Assembly: GCF_006345805.1 (NCBI RefSeq)
Contig: NW_021831913.1
Location: forward strand, 1-33,870
DNA length: 33,870 nt
DNA from: Octopus sinensis
Lineage: Eukaryota
Reading direction: 5' to 3'
A program made the position numbers and the translations under genes. This document shows positions 20,697-33,870 of this stretch, one piece after another (the stretch's first letter is position 1; the number at the start of each line of letters is the position of its first letter). A model generated the notes under the pieces. The model was not told the origin of the DNA. It saw only the letters and a program-made list of their open reading frames with translations, and did not search any database.

Positions 20697-20761
20697 ATGA
20701 GGTATTAAAACTCACCGGATGGCCACATACAGTTCGTTTACTACGACTAACTAACTGGTCA

Positions 20762-21078
20762 TCCGTCGGTTACGACGATGTGGGTTCCAGTTGATACGAT
20801 CAACGAAACAACGTGCATGAGAAATTAACGTGCAAATGGCTGAGTACTCCACAGACACGTGTAGCTTTAACGTGGTTCTCGGGGAGATTCAACGTGACAC
20901 AGAATGTGACAAAGCTATCTCTTTGAATTACAGATACAACTCATCTTTACCATCTGAGTGGACTGCAACAACGTGAAATAAAGTGTCTTCCTCAAGGACA
21001 TAACGCGTCCCCGGGAATCGAACTCACAGCCTTAAGATCGTGAACCAAACGCGCTAACCACTAAGCCACGCGCTTTCA
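20762..21078 (-). mobile_element. SINE family C
   Basis: Homologous to 14184-14490. Confidence 0.85.
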
Positions 21079-21736
21079 GGCCTATGATTAATACCATGTC
21101 AAAAGCCGCACAAAAGAAGCTGACTAATATAACAAGTGCATATCCTGCTGTGAACTATAATGGAAACCGTAGCGATGAATGAAACAGTATGCAGAGGTTC
21201 GATTCCCACGTACCGCCTTGCACCAACAAATATCAACATATATTTGCCATTCAATTGTAGTTTTAACCATTAATACTTTTCAATATGTTGAATTTCCTTG
21301 TAAATTACTCTCCTACTTCGCGTGATATTCACTAACATGAAGCTATTTATAAGCTGTTATCTAATCTCCAACTGCTTATCTTATAATCTTTGAATTACAA
21401 TTACTTAATTAAATGTATTTCCATTCAAATTTCATTTATTCACCAAACATCGCTTTTATAAATTATTCTTTAATGTTGTTATTTGGTGTCAAGTGTCAGA
21501 CTGACTTCTTAACATTCTATCTAATTGCTTAAACATCTCGTGACTTTCAGCATAGCCTACCGCTGCTGCTGCTGCTGGTGCTACTGCTGCTACTACTGCT
21601 GCTGCTAGTGTTAACTCAACGGTGCGTACTTCTGTGTACCTTAGGTACACGCAGTGTATTGGATTGAAAATTCCTTGCTTAATGTGTACGGAGTAACATT
21701 TAGTGCTGTTCTATGGATTCGGTATTCGAGTCTAAT

Positions 21737-22147
21737 CTTTTATCTTTTTTTTTCATTTACTTGATTCAGTCATTTGACTGCGGCCATGCTGGAGCACCGC
21801 CTTTAGTCGAGCAAATCGACCCAGGGACTTATTCTTTGTAAGCCCAGTACTTATTCTATCGGTCTCTTTTCGCCGAACCGCTAAGTGACGGGGACGTAAA
21901 CACACCAGCATCGGTTGTCAAGCAATGCTAGGGGGACAAACACAGACACACAAACACACATACATACATATACATATATACGACGACAGGCTTCTTTCAG
22001 TTTCCGTGTACCAAATCCACTCATAAGGCTTTGGTCGGCCCGGGGCTATAGCAGAAGACACTTGCCCAAGATGCCACGCAGTGGAAGTGAACCCGGAACC
22101 ATGTGATTGGTTAGCAAGCTACTTACTACACAGCCACTCTTGCGCCT
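21737..22147 (-). mobile_element. SINE family A (full length)
   Basis: Reverse complement of the family A pattern. Confidence 0.92.
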
Positions 22148-22806
22148 ACAGTGTTAGAATTCTCTATATTAAATCTGTGGCTTTGACAATCATTTCCAAC
22201 ACATATCATTATCAATGAGGGTGGAGTCTTCGACTTGGCCTGAGCATGGACTCAAACCCAAATGAAATGAAATGAATTCGCATCCATCGAGAGCACTGTT
22301 GATATTATTTCTACTTTTCAATCACACATCATCGTTTTCCAAAGTTTCATATTTTCGTTCCCAGATCTTTTGATTTTCCACTTCTTCTGTAGATATTATT
22401 ATCTGCTGAAACTGATACACCGATTAACAGAAATATAGTACTTACCTCTAATCTGTCGATTTATCTTAATCTCCTTGCCTGTGAGAACTGGCTTCTCCTA
22501 GGGTAGGGTGTGTCTTTATTCTTTAGAACCTAACACTTCCTCTAGATTATTATTTTTTCTTATTTGTACCATTCCTGTAACTTTTTTCTCTTTTTATTTC
22601 TTTCTTTCTTTTGTTCCGCTGTTGCTAAGAGACGTTTTATGTTTATTTGAAGGTCGTGGTTTATTTGATCGTGGAAAGTTCTACTATTTCTATTCTGCAA
22701 GGGGCCATTTGCCTGTTGCAGGAAAGCTCCCGATGGTGTATGGGAAGGTGATTGTCACTTTCTTGGCGGAAGCAACATCAATGTTGAAAAAAATTAATGA
22801 TATATA

Positions 22807-23150
22807 GGCGCAGGAGTGGCTGTGTGGTAAGTAGCTTGCTAAACAACCACATGGTTCCGGGTTCAGTCCCACTGCGTGGCATCTTGGGCAAGTGCCTTCT
22901 GCTATAGCGCGGGGCCGACCAATGCCTTGTGAGTGGATTTGGTAGACGGAAACTGAAAGAAGCCTGTCGTATATATGTATATGTATATATGTATGTATAT
23001 GTGTGTGTTTGTGTGTCTGTGTTTGTCCCCCTAGCATTGCTTGACAACCGATGCTGGTGTGTTTACGTCTCCGTCACTTAGCGGTTTGGCAAAAGAGACT
23101 GATAGAATAAGTACTGGGCTTACAAAGAATAAGTAAAAGAGTAAAGAGTA
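22807..23150 (+). mobile_element. SINE family A with a 3'-internal deletion
   Basis: AGAATAAGT is joined directly to the AAAAGAG tail; the GGTCGA...GACTGAAAC segment is missing. Confidence 0.9.
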
Positions 23151-24626
23151 TATACACTCCTGAAATATAATTTCTCAGCCAAAAAGAAACAAAAAATAAA
23201 CAGAAAAGCTCAAAACGATTTCAAGTACAGATATTTTGATGAGCACAAAATACGTTAATACGTTAATAAGAGGAACAATGTAAAGACTAGCAGGAGCAGC
23301 AACATTTATAAGAACTCATCTTTTGCTAACGTTACGAGTGAAAGGGTGGACGTGGTCGTCGGTGAAGAAAAATTATGGAAGAATTACGTCGGGAAAGGAG
23401 AAGTTTCTTGCGTCCAAAATTTTAACTAAGAAACAGTAAAGAGAAAAAAATTACGCAATTTTCTTTTCTCAAAAGAGAGACAAAAGCGGAGTTGGAGTTA
23501 ACTGCTTACGTCGAACGGCCTGCCATGACTGTCGGATATGGATGACAAAATCGGATAACAGCTCAATGAAGAAAGAAAAAGAACGGAAACTTTAGGGCTG
23601 GCTATAAGAGGCACACTTTACTGGGTCTGGATGGTCTGTCACACGCTCCATGAGCATACATACATACACATACATATATGTATGTATGCATGTATGTATG
23701 TACGTATATAAATGTGTGTGTGTGTGTGTGCGTTTTAAGAGATGAAAGAGAGAAGAAATGAGAGTGGGCGGTGTCAATTGCCTCAGCCGTATAAACGTAC
23801 TTTTAGTTGAAATACCACGTTAATGGTATTCTGAATCATCATCATCGTCATCATCACCACCACCAGCACCACCACCATCGTCCTCCCCATCGACTTCATT
23901 CTATAAACGTTATTGTTTATAAACCGTACATCATTTAACCCTGCGCCTTACAAATTGCTTTCATTCGGCGCGACACACATTTATCGCGTTCCTTGTCACT
24001 TTGCTTTATTGGTTCTCTCGCTCATTCCCTCATTCCATCTCATTCTCTCTCTGTCTCTCTCTGTCTCTCTCTCTCTCTCTCTTTCATTCTCTCTATCTCC
24101 CAGTCTTTCTCCCTCACCTCTCCCCCCCCCCTTAAGTATCCAGCTGCTCTCAATTTGTTTCGTCATTTCATACTCTAAAGTTGCTTCTGATATCTTCCAA
24201 ATTACTTGGAAACCTAATCAAATCGCTGCCAATTCTTCGTTGCTTTTCCCGTCTCTAGAATGGTTTCTTAAAGTTCACTTTATTGATTCTAGGGGCCATC
24301 CAGCTCCCTGGAATTTAATCATCAACCAATTGTTTCTCGCAATATCCAGATGCTTATTATATCCACCCAATTGCAAACGGAACCTTTGAAGTAATTAATC
24401 CCAGTGCCCAGCTGTGCTTAATGCTTCGCTAAATGGAAAATAATACGAAAACATAAAACAAAAGAAAATAGAAAATATGAAGCGAAAAGATGCTGGATCA
24501 GAAAGGATTGGGACACATTTAGCACAGGTCACGTGATTACGAATCCCATTCCGAGTTCTTTTATTTTCTTTTAATGTAATTTGTTTTCTCTGCTTCACTA
24601 TCGCAAAGTGTGGATTGTTCGTGCGA

Positions 24627-24864
24627 TAGAGTTTCTCAACCCTTTTGGCCCGTGGACCCCTTTCGTTGGTGTTTTACCCATCTGGATCCTCTTATTGAAA
24701 AAAAATTCCTTTTATATTTTTTATAAATAATTATTAAGAATTGTATAAAAAAAAAACACTTTAAATATTTTGTGCATTGTGGAAGTATAACTGATTTAAT
24801 GTTCATAAACTTCAAAAACCTGTTTCTTTGAATCCCCGGTGTGGACCCCAGTTGAGAGTCAGTG
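24627..24864. mobile_element. Degenerate hAT (Charlie-like) MITE
   Basis: Imperfect 14-bp TIRs TAGAGTTTCTCAAC / GTTGAGAGTCAGTG (CAGTGGTTCTCAAC type), subterminal GTGGACCCC at both ends, AT-rich interior. No 8-bp TSD is visible. Confidence 0.55.
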
Positions 24865-25035
24865 GACTTCTTGATAAACAAACGATAGGACAGCAGTTCT
24901 GAGTGGTGTGTTGCGAAAAATGGTTGAACTGAAAACGGGTATCACTGAGTAAGAATAGCCTGCGGTTATAAGAAATAGCAGGAGCGGCACCGTAACATTA
25001 GCAGGTGACTTCTTGTCATCACCAGAAAACGGAAT

Positions 25036-25200
25036 CTTTTTTACTCTAGGCACATGGCCTGAAATTTTTGGGAAGGTGGCCTGTCGATTAGATCGACCCT
25101 AGTACGCAACTGGTACTTAATTTATTGTCGCTGAAAGGATGAAAGACAAATTCGACCTTGGAGGAAATTGAACTCAGAACGTAAAGACAGACGAAATAGC
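25036..25200 (-). mobile_element. SINE family E, 5'-truncated
   Basis: AACTGGTACTTAATTTAT...GAACTCAGAACGTAAAGACAGACGAAATA. Confidence 0.82.
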
Positions 25201-25479
25201 GGTAGACATGATCTCAATTCCCTGCTTTACTTTTTTCCACTGTAATACTCATACATACCAGCACACACATGCACACACACACACTCTACTCCATAAAAGT
25301 ACACACCTTCCCCTATAATATAATCTTCTGATCTGGACTTAAATTTCTTAGTGCTGCCATATTTTAATGAATATTTTTTTATAAATCCTAGTCATTATCA
25401 ATATCTATTTCCTACCGCTACGTATCTAATCTCTGTCTCACCACGATTCTTCAAAACCTCACACACCACACACACACAC

Positions 25480-25564
25480 ACTTCCATATATGTATATATA
25501 TATGTTTATATATACATTTATATATATATGGTGTTGTGTGTTTATTATATATATATATAATAAT

Positions 25565-25635
<71 letters not shown>

Positions 25636-25800
25636 TGTATATGTGTGTGTGTGTGTGTGTATACATTCACATACATATATACATACACGCACACATATGT
25701 ATATGCATACAGACACACACACATACACACATACACCCCACACACATATATATATAAATATGTAAATATCATATATATATGTATATAAACATATATATAT
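25480..25800. repeat. (TA)n/(GT)n/(CA)n compound array
   Basis: Direct reading. Confidence 0.95.
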
Positions 25801-26009
25801 GACGATATGTATAATGTTATGAATCATTTAAAACTAAATTGTATCTAAGTTTGTTTTAAACATATATCCTTCCTTCTTCTGCTGCCCAAATCTAATCTGT
25901 AACTTGCGATTCATTCGTCATCTTGAGATTTTACGCAGCTATGATTCAGATCAAAGATTACTTCTTGTAAAGAAATCTGCTAACCATTACGTGTTTGTAT
26001 ATGTGTGTA

Positions 26010-26064
<55 letters not shown>

Positions 26065-26416
26065 TGTGTGTGTGCGTGTGTGTGCATCAATTTTTAATTA
26101 TTTGAAGTCTTCTTGCAAAGAAGCTAATATCTATCAGAGATACAATCTTTCGTCGCTGGAATTTAGATAAAAAAAAAAGACCGTGTCACATTACAAACTT
26201 GTATGAGGTCTTGCATATTTTTACAGTTCCAACTACAGATTGTATTAGCAATGTGCGTGTTTACAGGTTGATCTATTCTTCTAAAAATCTCAGCTTTTAC
26301 AGATGGTTACGAAAGCATTTCCTCAAAAAATTAAATGCATCAAATAATTATATACGGTATAAATGCGAATTTATAATCAGGACAGAGTATTTGTATGTGG
26401 CTATCCTCTTTCTTTT

Positions 26417-26755
26417 TGTATGTATGTATGTCTGCATGTATCCATGTATGTATGTTCCTTCTCGAGCCATGCCTGGCTCATAAGGGCCGGTTTCCCGGTT
26501 TCTTGGCGTATAGGTTCTCCGCCTGGACGGGACGCCGGTCCGTCGCAGGTGAGCTGCATGATGCAGGAGGAAAGAGTGAGAGAAAGTTGTGGCTAAAGTG
26601 TCAGCAGAAGTTTCGCCATTATTACCGTCTACCGGAGCTGCGTGAAGCTTAGGTGTTTTCGCTTATAAACATACACATCGTCCTGTCTGAGATTCGAACC
26701 CGCGATCCCTCGACCGCGAGTCCGCTTCTCTAACCACTAAGCCATGTGCCTCCAC
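26417..26755 (-). mobile_element. SINE family D with (ACAT)n tail
   Basis: Close match to 4646-4946. Confidence 0.92.
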
Positions 26756-28129
26756 TATGTATGTATGAGTGGATGGATGGATGGATGGATGGATGAATGG
26801 TTGGATGCATGCATGCACTCAAGCATTCATGCATATATGTAAGCATGCATGCATGCATGCATATATGTCTATATGTATTCACTAAACACTTAATATGAAT
26901 GAAATAGGAATGTATCAACATTCGTGCTGTATTCTTCATACGCGGGAAAAAAAAAGAGGGTTGAGATTCACGGTTGACCGGTCATTTTACAGTTTGTTGA
27001 CTGCTCCTCAGAGATATACTGTTTTTTTTTCCCTATCTCTTTCTCAGCCGCTACATAAGTTGTCTTGTATTAGGCGAGCACCGTAGTAGGCATATTAATT
27101 TGCATGTTTCTGTTTCTGGTGGTTCATCATTGATTAAACAATATACTTTGTAGACACAACACAACGTGAAGCAGAAGTGAGATACAATTCAAATGGGATT
27201 AAGCTTTGCAGTGGATAAAATAAGAATTTAAGAATATTTTTTCTATGGATAAGATGCGCGGGAAAACTAGGTGGGAGATTTCTGGTGAGCCGTTTTATGG
27301 ACGAATCCTCAGAAAAGACGTGCCGACGTTTTTCCCTACTCGTAGAATATCACTCAATCGATATAAAGCAGTCATATATTAGTTTAGCACCGTAATAGAT
27401 AGCTGAATTTACTTCATAGTTTCTTGATGCTCCTCAGAGAAGTCGTATCGGGCTTCTTTCTTCACTGAATGGCACAGAATATACACCTTCTATATAATGC
27501 AGTCTTAAATCATACTAGCACGATAGTAAATAACTCGATCGTATAACTTGATTGTGCTTTTGAGACCTCGTCATTAATCAAAACCTATACATATAAATAT
27601 GGCACAGCGCAGTGTGAATTAGAACTAGAATAAAGCTAAATCACATGCAGTATAGCTGTGCTTCAAATAAGAATGAAAAAACATTCCTAAAGTCATTTGA
27701 TATACGAAAAATGTACGAGTTTCCTGATTGGCCGTTTTATAGCTTGGTGACCACTCGTCAGAGAAGACAAAACCGGTCTGCTTCGTCAATGATTAGAAGA
27801 CAATATTCAGCTGCTATAAAAGACAGGCCTATATTAATTGCTGGCAGGGAAACCGTATTTCGTGATGCAACCGTAATATACTAGACAGTATATGAAAGGT
27901 TTTATAAGGCAATACTGAGCCTCAGCTGTGTTAGCAGATCTTATTCAATCGCCTTTTTAAAAGTCATCTCTACAGATCTTCTAAAGAAATTTGAGCCATC
28001 ACTTATTTGTTACAAAGTTCTGTATTCGAACACGTCTGTAAAAACAATGCGATCGAAGACAGAAAATTAGCTAATGAAGGAATACGCACATTTCACGCGC
28101 TGTTCTTCTGTTCTTTTCTTGTTCTTCGT

Positions 28130-28248
28130 TCTTGTGTCTGGTTATCTCTTCTTTTCTTTCTTCTTCTTCTGCTTGTTCTTGTTCTTCTTATTTTTCTTCT
28201 TTTTGTTTTTTTTTCTTCTTCTTCTTCTTCTTCTTCTTCTTCTTCTTC
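28130..28248. repeat. (CTT)n / CT-rich repeat
   Basis: Direct reading. Confidence 0.93.
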
Positions 28249-28310
28249 AAATAAGAAACGCAGTCCTAGCAACTGCTACGCACAAATGAATCGCTGGCAG
28301 GTACAACCAT

Positions 28311-28492
28311 AATATTCTACCAAGTACAATGATTTCAAATTTTGGCACAAGGGAAGTCGATTGCATAGACCCCAGTTATGTTATCGACCCCGAAAGAATG
28401 AAAGGCAAAGTCGACTTCGGCGGAATTTGAACCCAGAACGTAAACACAGACGAAATACTGCTAAGCAATTTTCCAGGCATGTTAACGGTTCT
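28311..28492 (-). mobile_element. SINE family E (outer or first copy)
   Basis: Family E core, lacking its own 5' end beyond GTTAACGGTTCT. Confidence 0.8.
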
Positions 28493-28725
28493 TATTTCTT
28501 TATTATCCACAAGGGTCTAAACATAGAGGGGACAAACAAGGACAGACAAAGAGATTAAGTCGATTATAATGACCCCAATGCGTAACTGGTACTTATTTAA
28601 TCGACCGCGAAAGGATGAAAGGCTAAGTCGACCTCGGCGGAATTTGAACTCAGAACGTAACTGCAGACGAAATAGCATTAAGCATTTCGTCTGGCGTGTT
28701 AACGGTTCTGCCAGTTTCACCGACT
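28493..28725 (-). mobile_element. SINE family E (second copy, alternative 3' end)
   Basis: Family E core with a TATTTCTTTATT...GGACAAACAAGG terminus. Confidence 0.85.
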
Positions 28726-28908
28726 TAATGCTATTAACTATAATAAAGGTTTATATGTCATTACTGCAGCGATTTGAATTTAAATTTGTCATAAATTAAG
28801 CTAGTAGAGTAGTGGATAGCTTACTTTTCGCTACTGTGCTAATCTAATCATGATTTCCTCTTATTAGAACTTCGACAGGGATAATAAGGAAGAACTTGTT
28901 TCTTCTTG

Positions 28909-29135
28909 CTTACTCTCTCTTTTACTCTTTTACTTGTTTCAGTCATTAGACTGCGGCCATGCTGGAGCACTGCCTTTAATCGAGCAAATGGACCCCGGGA
29001 CTTATTCTTTTGTAAGCCCAGTACTTATTCTATCGGTCTCTTTTGCCGAACCGCTAAGTAACGGGGACATAAACACACCAGCATCGGTTGTCAAGCAATG
29101 CTAGGAAGACAAACACAGACACACAAACACACACA

Positions 29136-29167
<32 letters not shown>

Positions 29168-29330
29168 CGACGGGCTTCTTTCAGTTTCCGCCTACCAAAT
29201 CCACTCACAAGGCATTGGTCGACCCGAGGTTATAGTAGAAGACACTTGCCCTAGGTGCCACGCAGTGGGACTGAACCCGGAACCATGTGGTTGGTAAACA
29301 AGCTACTTACCACACAGCCACTCCTGCGCC
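28909..29330 (-). mobile_element. SINE family A (full length)
   Basis: Reverse complement of the family A pattern. Confidence 0.92.
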
Positions 29331-29798
29331 ATGAATGCAAAATATGCAAGGCACGTCTTAGATATCTAAATATGCAAATAACAAATTAAGAAATCAGATT
29401 TTAGTCTACATTTTATAATTCTAAGATAAGTAGTTTGAAATATGATGCTTATATGCTACATGTGTTAAACATGGTTTCAGATTTCAAAATTGCTTCTTAT
29501 GACTTACATAACGGCAATCGACAATGTAAGATTCATACACCGTGTGTATGAGCATACGGAATAGCAGAATCGGTAGAGCGACGGAGAAAATGCGTTGCAC
29601 AAAGTTTCTAAGATTTTTCCTTTGCGCAAGTCAAACTGGAGTACGATCACTCAAGACTGGTCCTTCACCCTTGCTTCCTCCAGTACCGCAACAAACACAA
29701 ACGCATGGCAACTATTTGAGGACACAGTCACCCACATATGCTCAAAACACACACACCCTTACGACTGTTACATTTTGCACTTTCACAAAATGAGGATC

Positions 29799-29949
29799 TG
29801 TTTCTTTATTACCCGCAAGGGGCTAAATACAGAGGGGGACAAACAAGGACAGACAAACGAATTAAGTCGATTACATCGACCCCAGTGCGTAACTGGTACT
29901 TAATTTATCGACCCCGAAAGGATGAAAGGCAAAGTCGACCTCGGTGGAA
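29799..29949 (-). mobile_element. SINE family E, 5'-truncated
   Basis: Aligns to 28493-28640. Confidence 0.85.
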
Positions 29950-30212
29950 GGATCTCAAGCAGAGCTATATATATTGAACGACTCATTCGAGTACACTTAC
30001 CCTCAAAGAAATTTAACTTTATGCTTAATCAGAAACAGAGATGAGACGGAAGAAACGTAGAAAAAGGTGAACAGAAGACGAATATCTGAGAGGAGAGCAA
30101 AAATTACAGATGAAGAATGTGGACGAAAGCTTAAAGTAGAAAGATGAAAACTTATTGACAGATAAAATAGAAACACGCGACTGACAACATTTTCGAAGGG
30201 GTACTACGGTAA

Positions 30213-30268
30213 TATGTATATGTGTATACGCACATGCACACACGCACGCGCGCACACACACACACACG

Positions 30269-30309
<41 letters not shown>

Positions 30310-30691
30310 TGTGTATATATATATATATATATCTATATATATATATAAATGTATATATATGTGTATGTGTATATATATATATATAAATATAAATGTATAT
30401 ATATGTGTATGTGTATATATATATATATATATACATATATATAGATACATATACATATACATATATATATACAATATTATATACATATACATATACATAT
30501 ATATATATAACATATATATATATATACATATATATATACGTATATATACATATATATACATATAATATACATACATATAATATATATATTAATTTATATA
30601 TAATATATATTAATTTATATATATATATATTATATATATATTATATATATATATATATAATTAATATATATATATATATATAATATATATA

Positions 30692-30735
<44 letters not shown>

Positions 30736-30780
30736 ATATATATATATATATATTGTGTGTATATATGTATATGCGCGCGT
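30213..30780. repeat. Very long degenerate (TA)n array
   Basis: Direct reading. Confidence 0.97.
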
Positions 30781-31706
30781 ATATTAATGAGCAGGTACGT
30801 GTGGTTACCTGTGTAATTAACTCGTAAGTGCACTATCTTCTGAGGTGAAGACCGTACCCAGGCAGGAGAGTGTCTACGTCTACGGCACTTTTAAGTAGCA
30901 TTTACTAAGAATGACTTATGAGTGTGTGGGTTTACCTGAAGACCTCCGTCAACGGGGTTCACCTGAGCTGTCAAATTGTGACGCATCGCTTTTGTCTTAG
31001 TGTAAGGCGATAATAATACGGTGTTAACAGTCAGGAATATGACTAATATTAATGATATACGGTTGGGAGAAGGCAGAAAGACAAGGAGGAAATGGATGCG
31101 TGCGTGAGAGAGAGAGAGAAAAGGAGAGAGAGAGAAAGGTTGATAGATGGAAAGAGAAGAGAGAGGCAGAGAAAGAGAGAGAGAGGGGTATAGGAAGGTT
31201 TGTTATTCATATTTATGTTAACATCGCTTCAACACCTGTGCAACAATACATATACATACTGACAGACACATTCCAACACATACACACACACGCACACACA
31301 CACAGGCAGGCATACACACACGCACACACACGCACGCACACAAAGGCACACATAGGCACACCTAGCTATACATACACACACACACACACGCAGCATAAGT
31401 GCATGCAGAAAGCGCAAGACACACACACACACACGTGTATCCTTGGGTCTTATTTCTCTCCATTATCAAACAGACTGAAATAAAACTATGGCGAACTTAC
31501 AATGATGTCATTGCAGTTGTTGTCTTCACTTAACGGATGATCGCGTGCGCTCAACAATTATTTTACAATGAATCTTAAAACTTCATGGCTAAGCTTTGAG
31601 ATGCATGACCCAAGGAACACTTATGAGGTTCGATGTATACAAATAGTGCTTATTAGAAGTCAGTAACGATGTATCACGTATTACATGAGTGTGGCTATGT
31701 TAAATA

Positions 31707-31707
<1 letters not shown>

Positions 31708-31748
<41 letters not shown>

Positions 31749-31837
31749 ATATATATATATTATATATATATGTATATATGTTACATAATATATTTTAGAT
31801 ATAGATATATACATATATATACATGTATATATATACG

Positions 31838-31907
<70 letters not shown>

Positions 31908-32067
31908 TATATATAGATAGATAGAAGATAGAGAGATAGATAGATAGATAGATAGATACATACATACATACATATAGTACATATACATACACACACACAC
32001 ACAAGATAACTACAACGGGTTTGTCGTACAATGAACGTTTCCGGTTACTTTCGTTTATCCCCTCGTG

Positions 32068-32103
<36 letters not shown>

Positions 32104-32145
32104 AGGTAGATATATATATATATATAGATATATATATATATAGGT

Positions 32146-32192
<47 letters not shown>

Positions 32193-32223
32193 ACAGACAG
32201 ATAGCTAGCTAGCTAGCTAGATG

Positions 32224-32302
<79 letters not shown>
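31708..32302. repeat. Compound (CA)/(TA)/(GATA)/(TACA) arrays
   Basis: Direct reading; a ~65-bp unique insert lies at 32004-32067. Confidence 0.95.
32010..32067. mobile_element. Possible Tc1/mariner terminus
   Basis: Ends ACTTTCGTTTATCCCCTCGTG followed by TA, resembling mariner TIR ends (reverse complement CGAGGGG...AAAGT). No partner TIR was found. Confidence 0.3.
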
Positions 32303-32304
<2 letters not shown>

Positions 32305-32719
32305 AGTTACCTATATTTTCAGCAAGGCTAATTTACCTGATTAAAAATTAATCAAAAACTATTTAAGGGAATTCTCCTTCACTAAAATTTTACATGACTC
32401 TATATAATTGGAATATGCAAATATGGACGTGCGAGTATTCTGCTGACGAGCACGATCAAAAGGACCAAAACGTATAATAGGACTACTCGCTTTTTGAAGC
32501 CAGTGTCTTCATTCGGGAAATTCATATCAAGTCTCTTAAAACTATTTCCCTTCAACTTGCAGAATTGCCAAAGATTTCCGCTAGGTTATTGTTTTCTATT
32601 TCAACTCAAGCGAAAAGTTCAAAGAATTAGACTTTCGTTTAAATAGGAAAAAAAACATGACACTGCTACTTATAGTTACGTCTTTCAGGAATCTCCCCCA
32701 CCCATCTCCTTCTCTCTTC

Positions 32720-32727
32720 CCACACGA

Positions 32728-32761
<34 letters not shown>

Positions 32762-32900
32762 GCAAATGTATACATCACACGTATACACACACATACACAC
32801 ACACACATAGATACACACAGACACGCTCTCACAAGCACACACACGCACACATACACACAGATACACAGATACAAACACTTGTTCATATATAGACCCACAT

Positions 32901-32941
<41 letters not shown>

Positions 32942-33210
32942 AACACAAACACATAGACACACATAGACACGCTCACACACGCACACATACACACAGATAC
33001 ACAGTTACAAACACTTTTTCACACATAGATCCACATACTCGCACACACACACACACATACACACACACTCACACACACACACGCACACACAAGCACACAC
33101 ACACACACACGTTCACACACGCACACATACACACAGATACACAGTTACAAACACTATTTCATACATAGACCTACATACTCGCGCACACACACACACACAC
33201 GCATATATAC
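32720..33210. repeat. CA-derived minisatellite with ~136-140 bp higher-order period
   Basis: Anchor TACAAACACT at 32870, 33006 and 33146, each followed by ...ACATACTCGC. Confidence 0.88.
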
Positions 33211-33282
33211 ATATATGTAAGCGATACAGTGTGATTAATAGAAAAAAAACGCTGCTGCATTCGTGTATTTTTCTTTTAATAG

Positions 33283-33337
33283 AAAGAAGCCAGGATTTCG
33301 TAAACTTTAATCTCTTCTCGGAGTACCTGAGATTAAG
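33283..33337 (+). other. Candidate 55-nt internal exon of an unidentified gene
   Basis: Acceptor TTTTTCTTTTAATAG, donor AAG|GTGAGT, one open frame (RSQDFVNFNLFSEYLRL). No homology was recognised. Confidence 0.3.
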
Positions 33338-33705
33338 GTGAGTGACATTTCCTGTCCAAGGAATATACAGAAAGAGGATGTTTGATTTGATGCCACCATG
33401 TTAGAAAAATACACCTATAAAACAGCCGAATAAAATGAAACAAAATGAAAAAAAACAAACAAGTAAAAAGTACAAAAATGCAATAGAAAAATTGCAAACC
33501 TCACAAAACAAAGCTTGAAATATCTTTTCTTCTTTGCAGAGAAGCAGATAGCAACAACAACAATTCGATAAGAAATTTTAAATGGAGATAAAAAAAAGCG
33601 AAACGATTTCGTAAACCACCGAGACAGAAGGAATGTCAGAGGGAGATAGATTTTTTGAAAAATACTGAAAGGTGGAGGTAAGATTTATCACACCTGGATA
33701 CCTTG

Positions 33706-33870
33706 ATGTATGTGTGTATGTATGTATGTATGTATGTATGTATGTATGTATGTATGTATGTATGTGTGTATGTATGTATGCATGTATGTATGTATGATGT
33801 ATGTATATGTATGTATGTATGATGTATGTATGTATGTATGTATGTATGTGTGTATGTATGTATGTGTGTG
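33706..33870. repeat. (TATG)n microsatellite
   Basis: Direct reading. Confidence 0.97.

Noticed and set aside
22446-22497. Minus-strand exon candidate EKPVLTGKEIKINRQIR with a GAG|GTAAGT donor
   Set aside because: The acceptor lacks a polypyrimidine tract, and shared 9-mers with 33283-33337 suggest a repeat origin.
51-29330. tRNA genes at SINE heads
   Set aside because: A/B boxes are present, but there is no complete cloverleaf or acceptor stem, and each head continues into a repeated SINE body.
30105-30140. CAGATGA...GAAAGCTT HHR-like string
   Set aside because: The core is mutated and stems I and II do not form.
84-32994. Most ORFs in the supplied track ([20 protein letters not shown] types and repeated MSS(N/D)...GLNPEP peptides)
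   Set aside because: They are translations of microsatellites or of SINE copies, not genes.

Overview
This is AT-rich, repeat-saturated eukaryotic genomic DNA. It is most likely octopus or another coleoid cephalopod, inferred from the tRNA-derived SINE families and the very high microsatellite density. No protein-coding gene can be supported: nearly all listed ORFs are microsatellite or SINE translations, and only a few isolated exon-like segments remain as weak candidates. The window holds about 20 SINE copies or fragments from at least 5 modular families, an RTE-type 3' end, a degenerate hAT-like MITE and many simple repeats. The main signal is a set of type-I hammerhead ribozyme (HHR) motifs in short elements mostly wedged between (TA)n arrays. 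Two fully foldable co-oriented HHRs (7069-7166 and 7965-8037, minus strand) have intact CUGAUGA/GAAA/GUC cores, palindromic stem III, an A.A mismatch at the base of a long stem II, and adjacent splice signals. Further variant, degenerate or partial HHRs lie at 2467-2568 (inside an 80-bp palindrome), 8319-8353, 8521-8726 and 16873-16914. The architecture fits Penelope-like element pseudo-LTR or retrozyme-like remnants. All folds and alignments were done by eye and none were computed.
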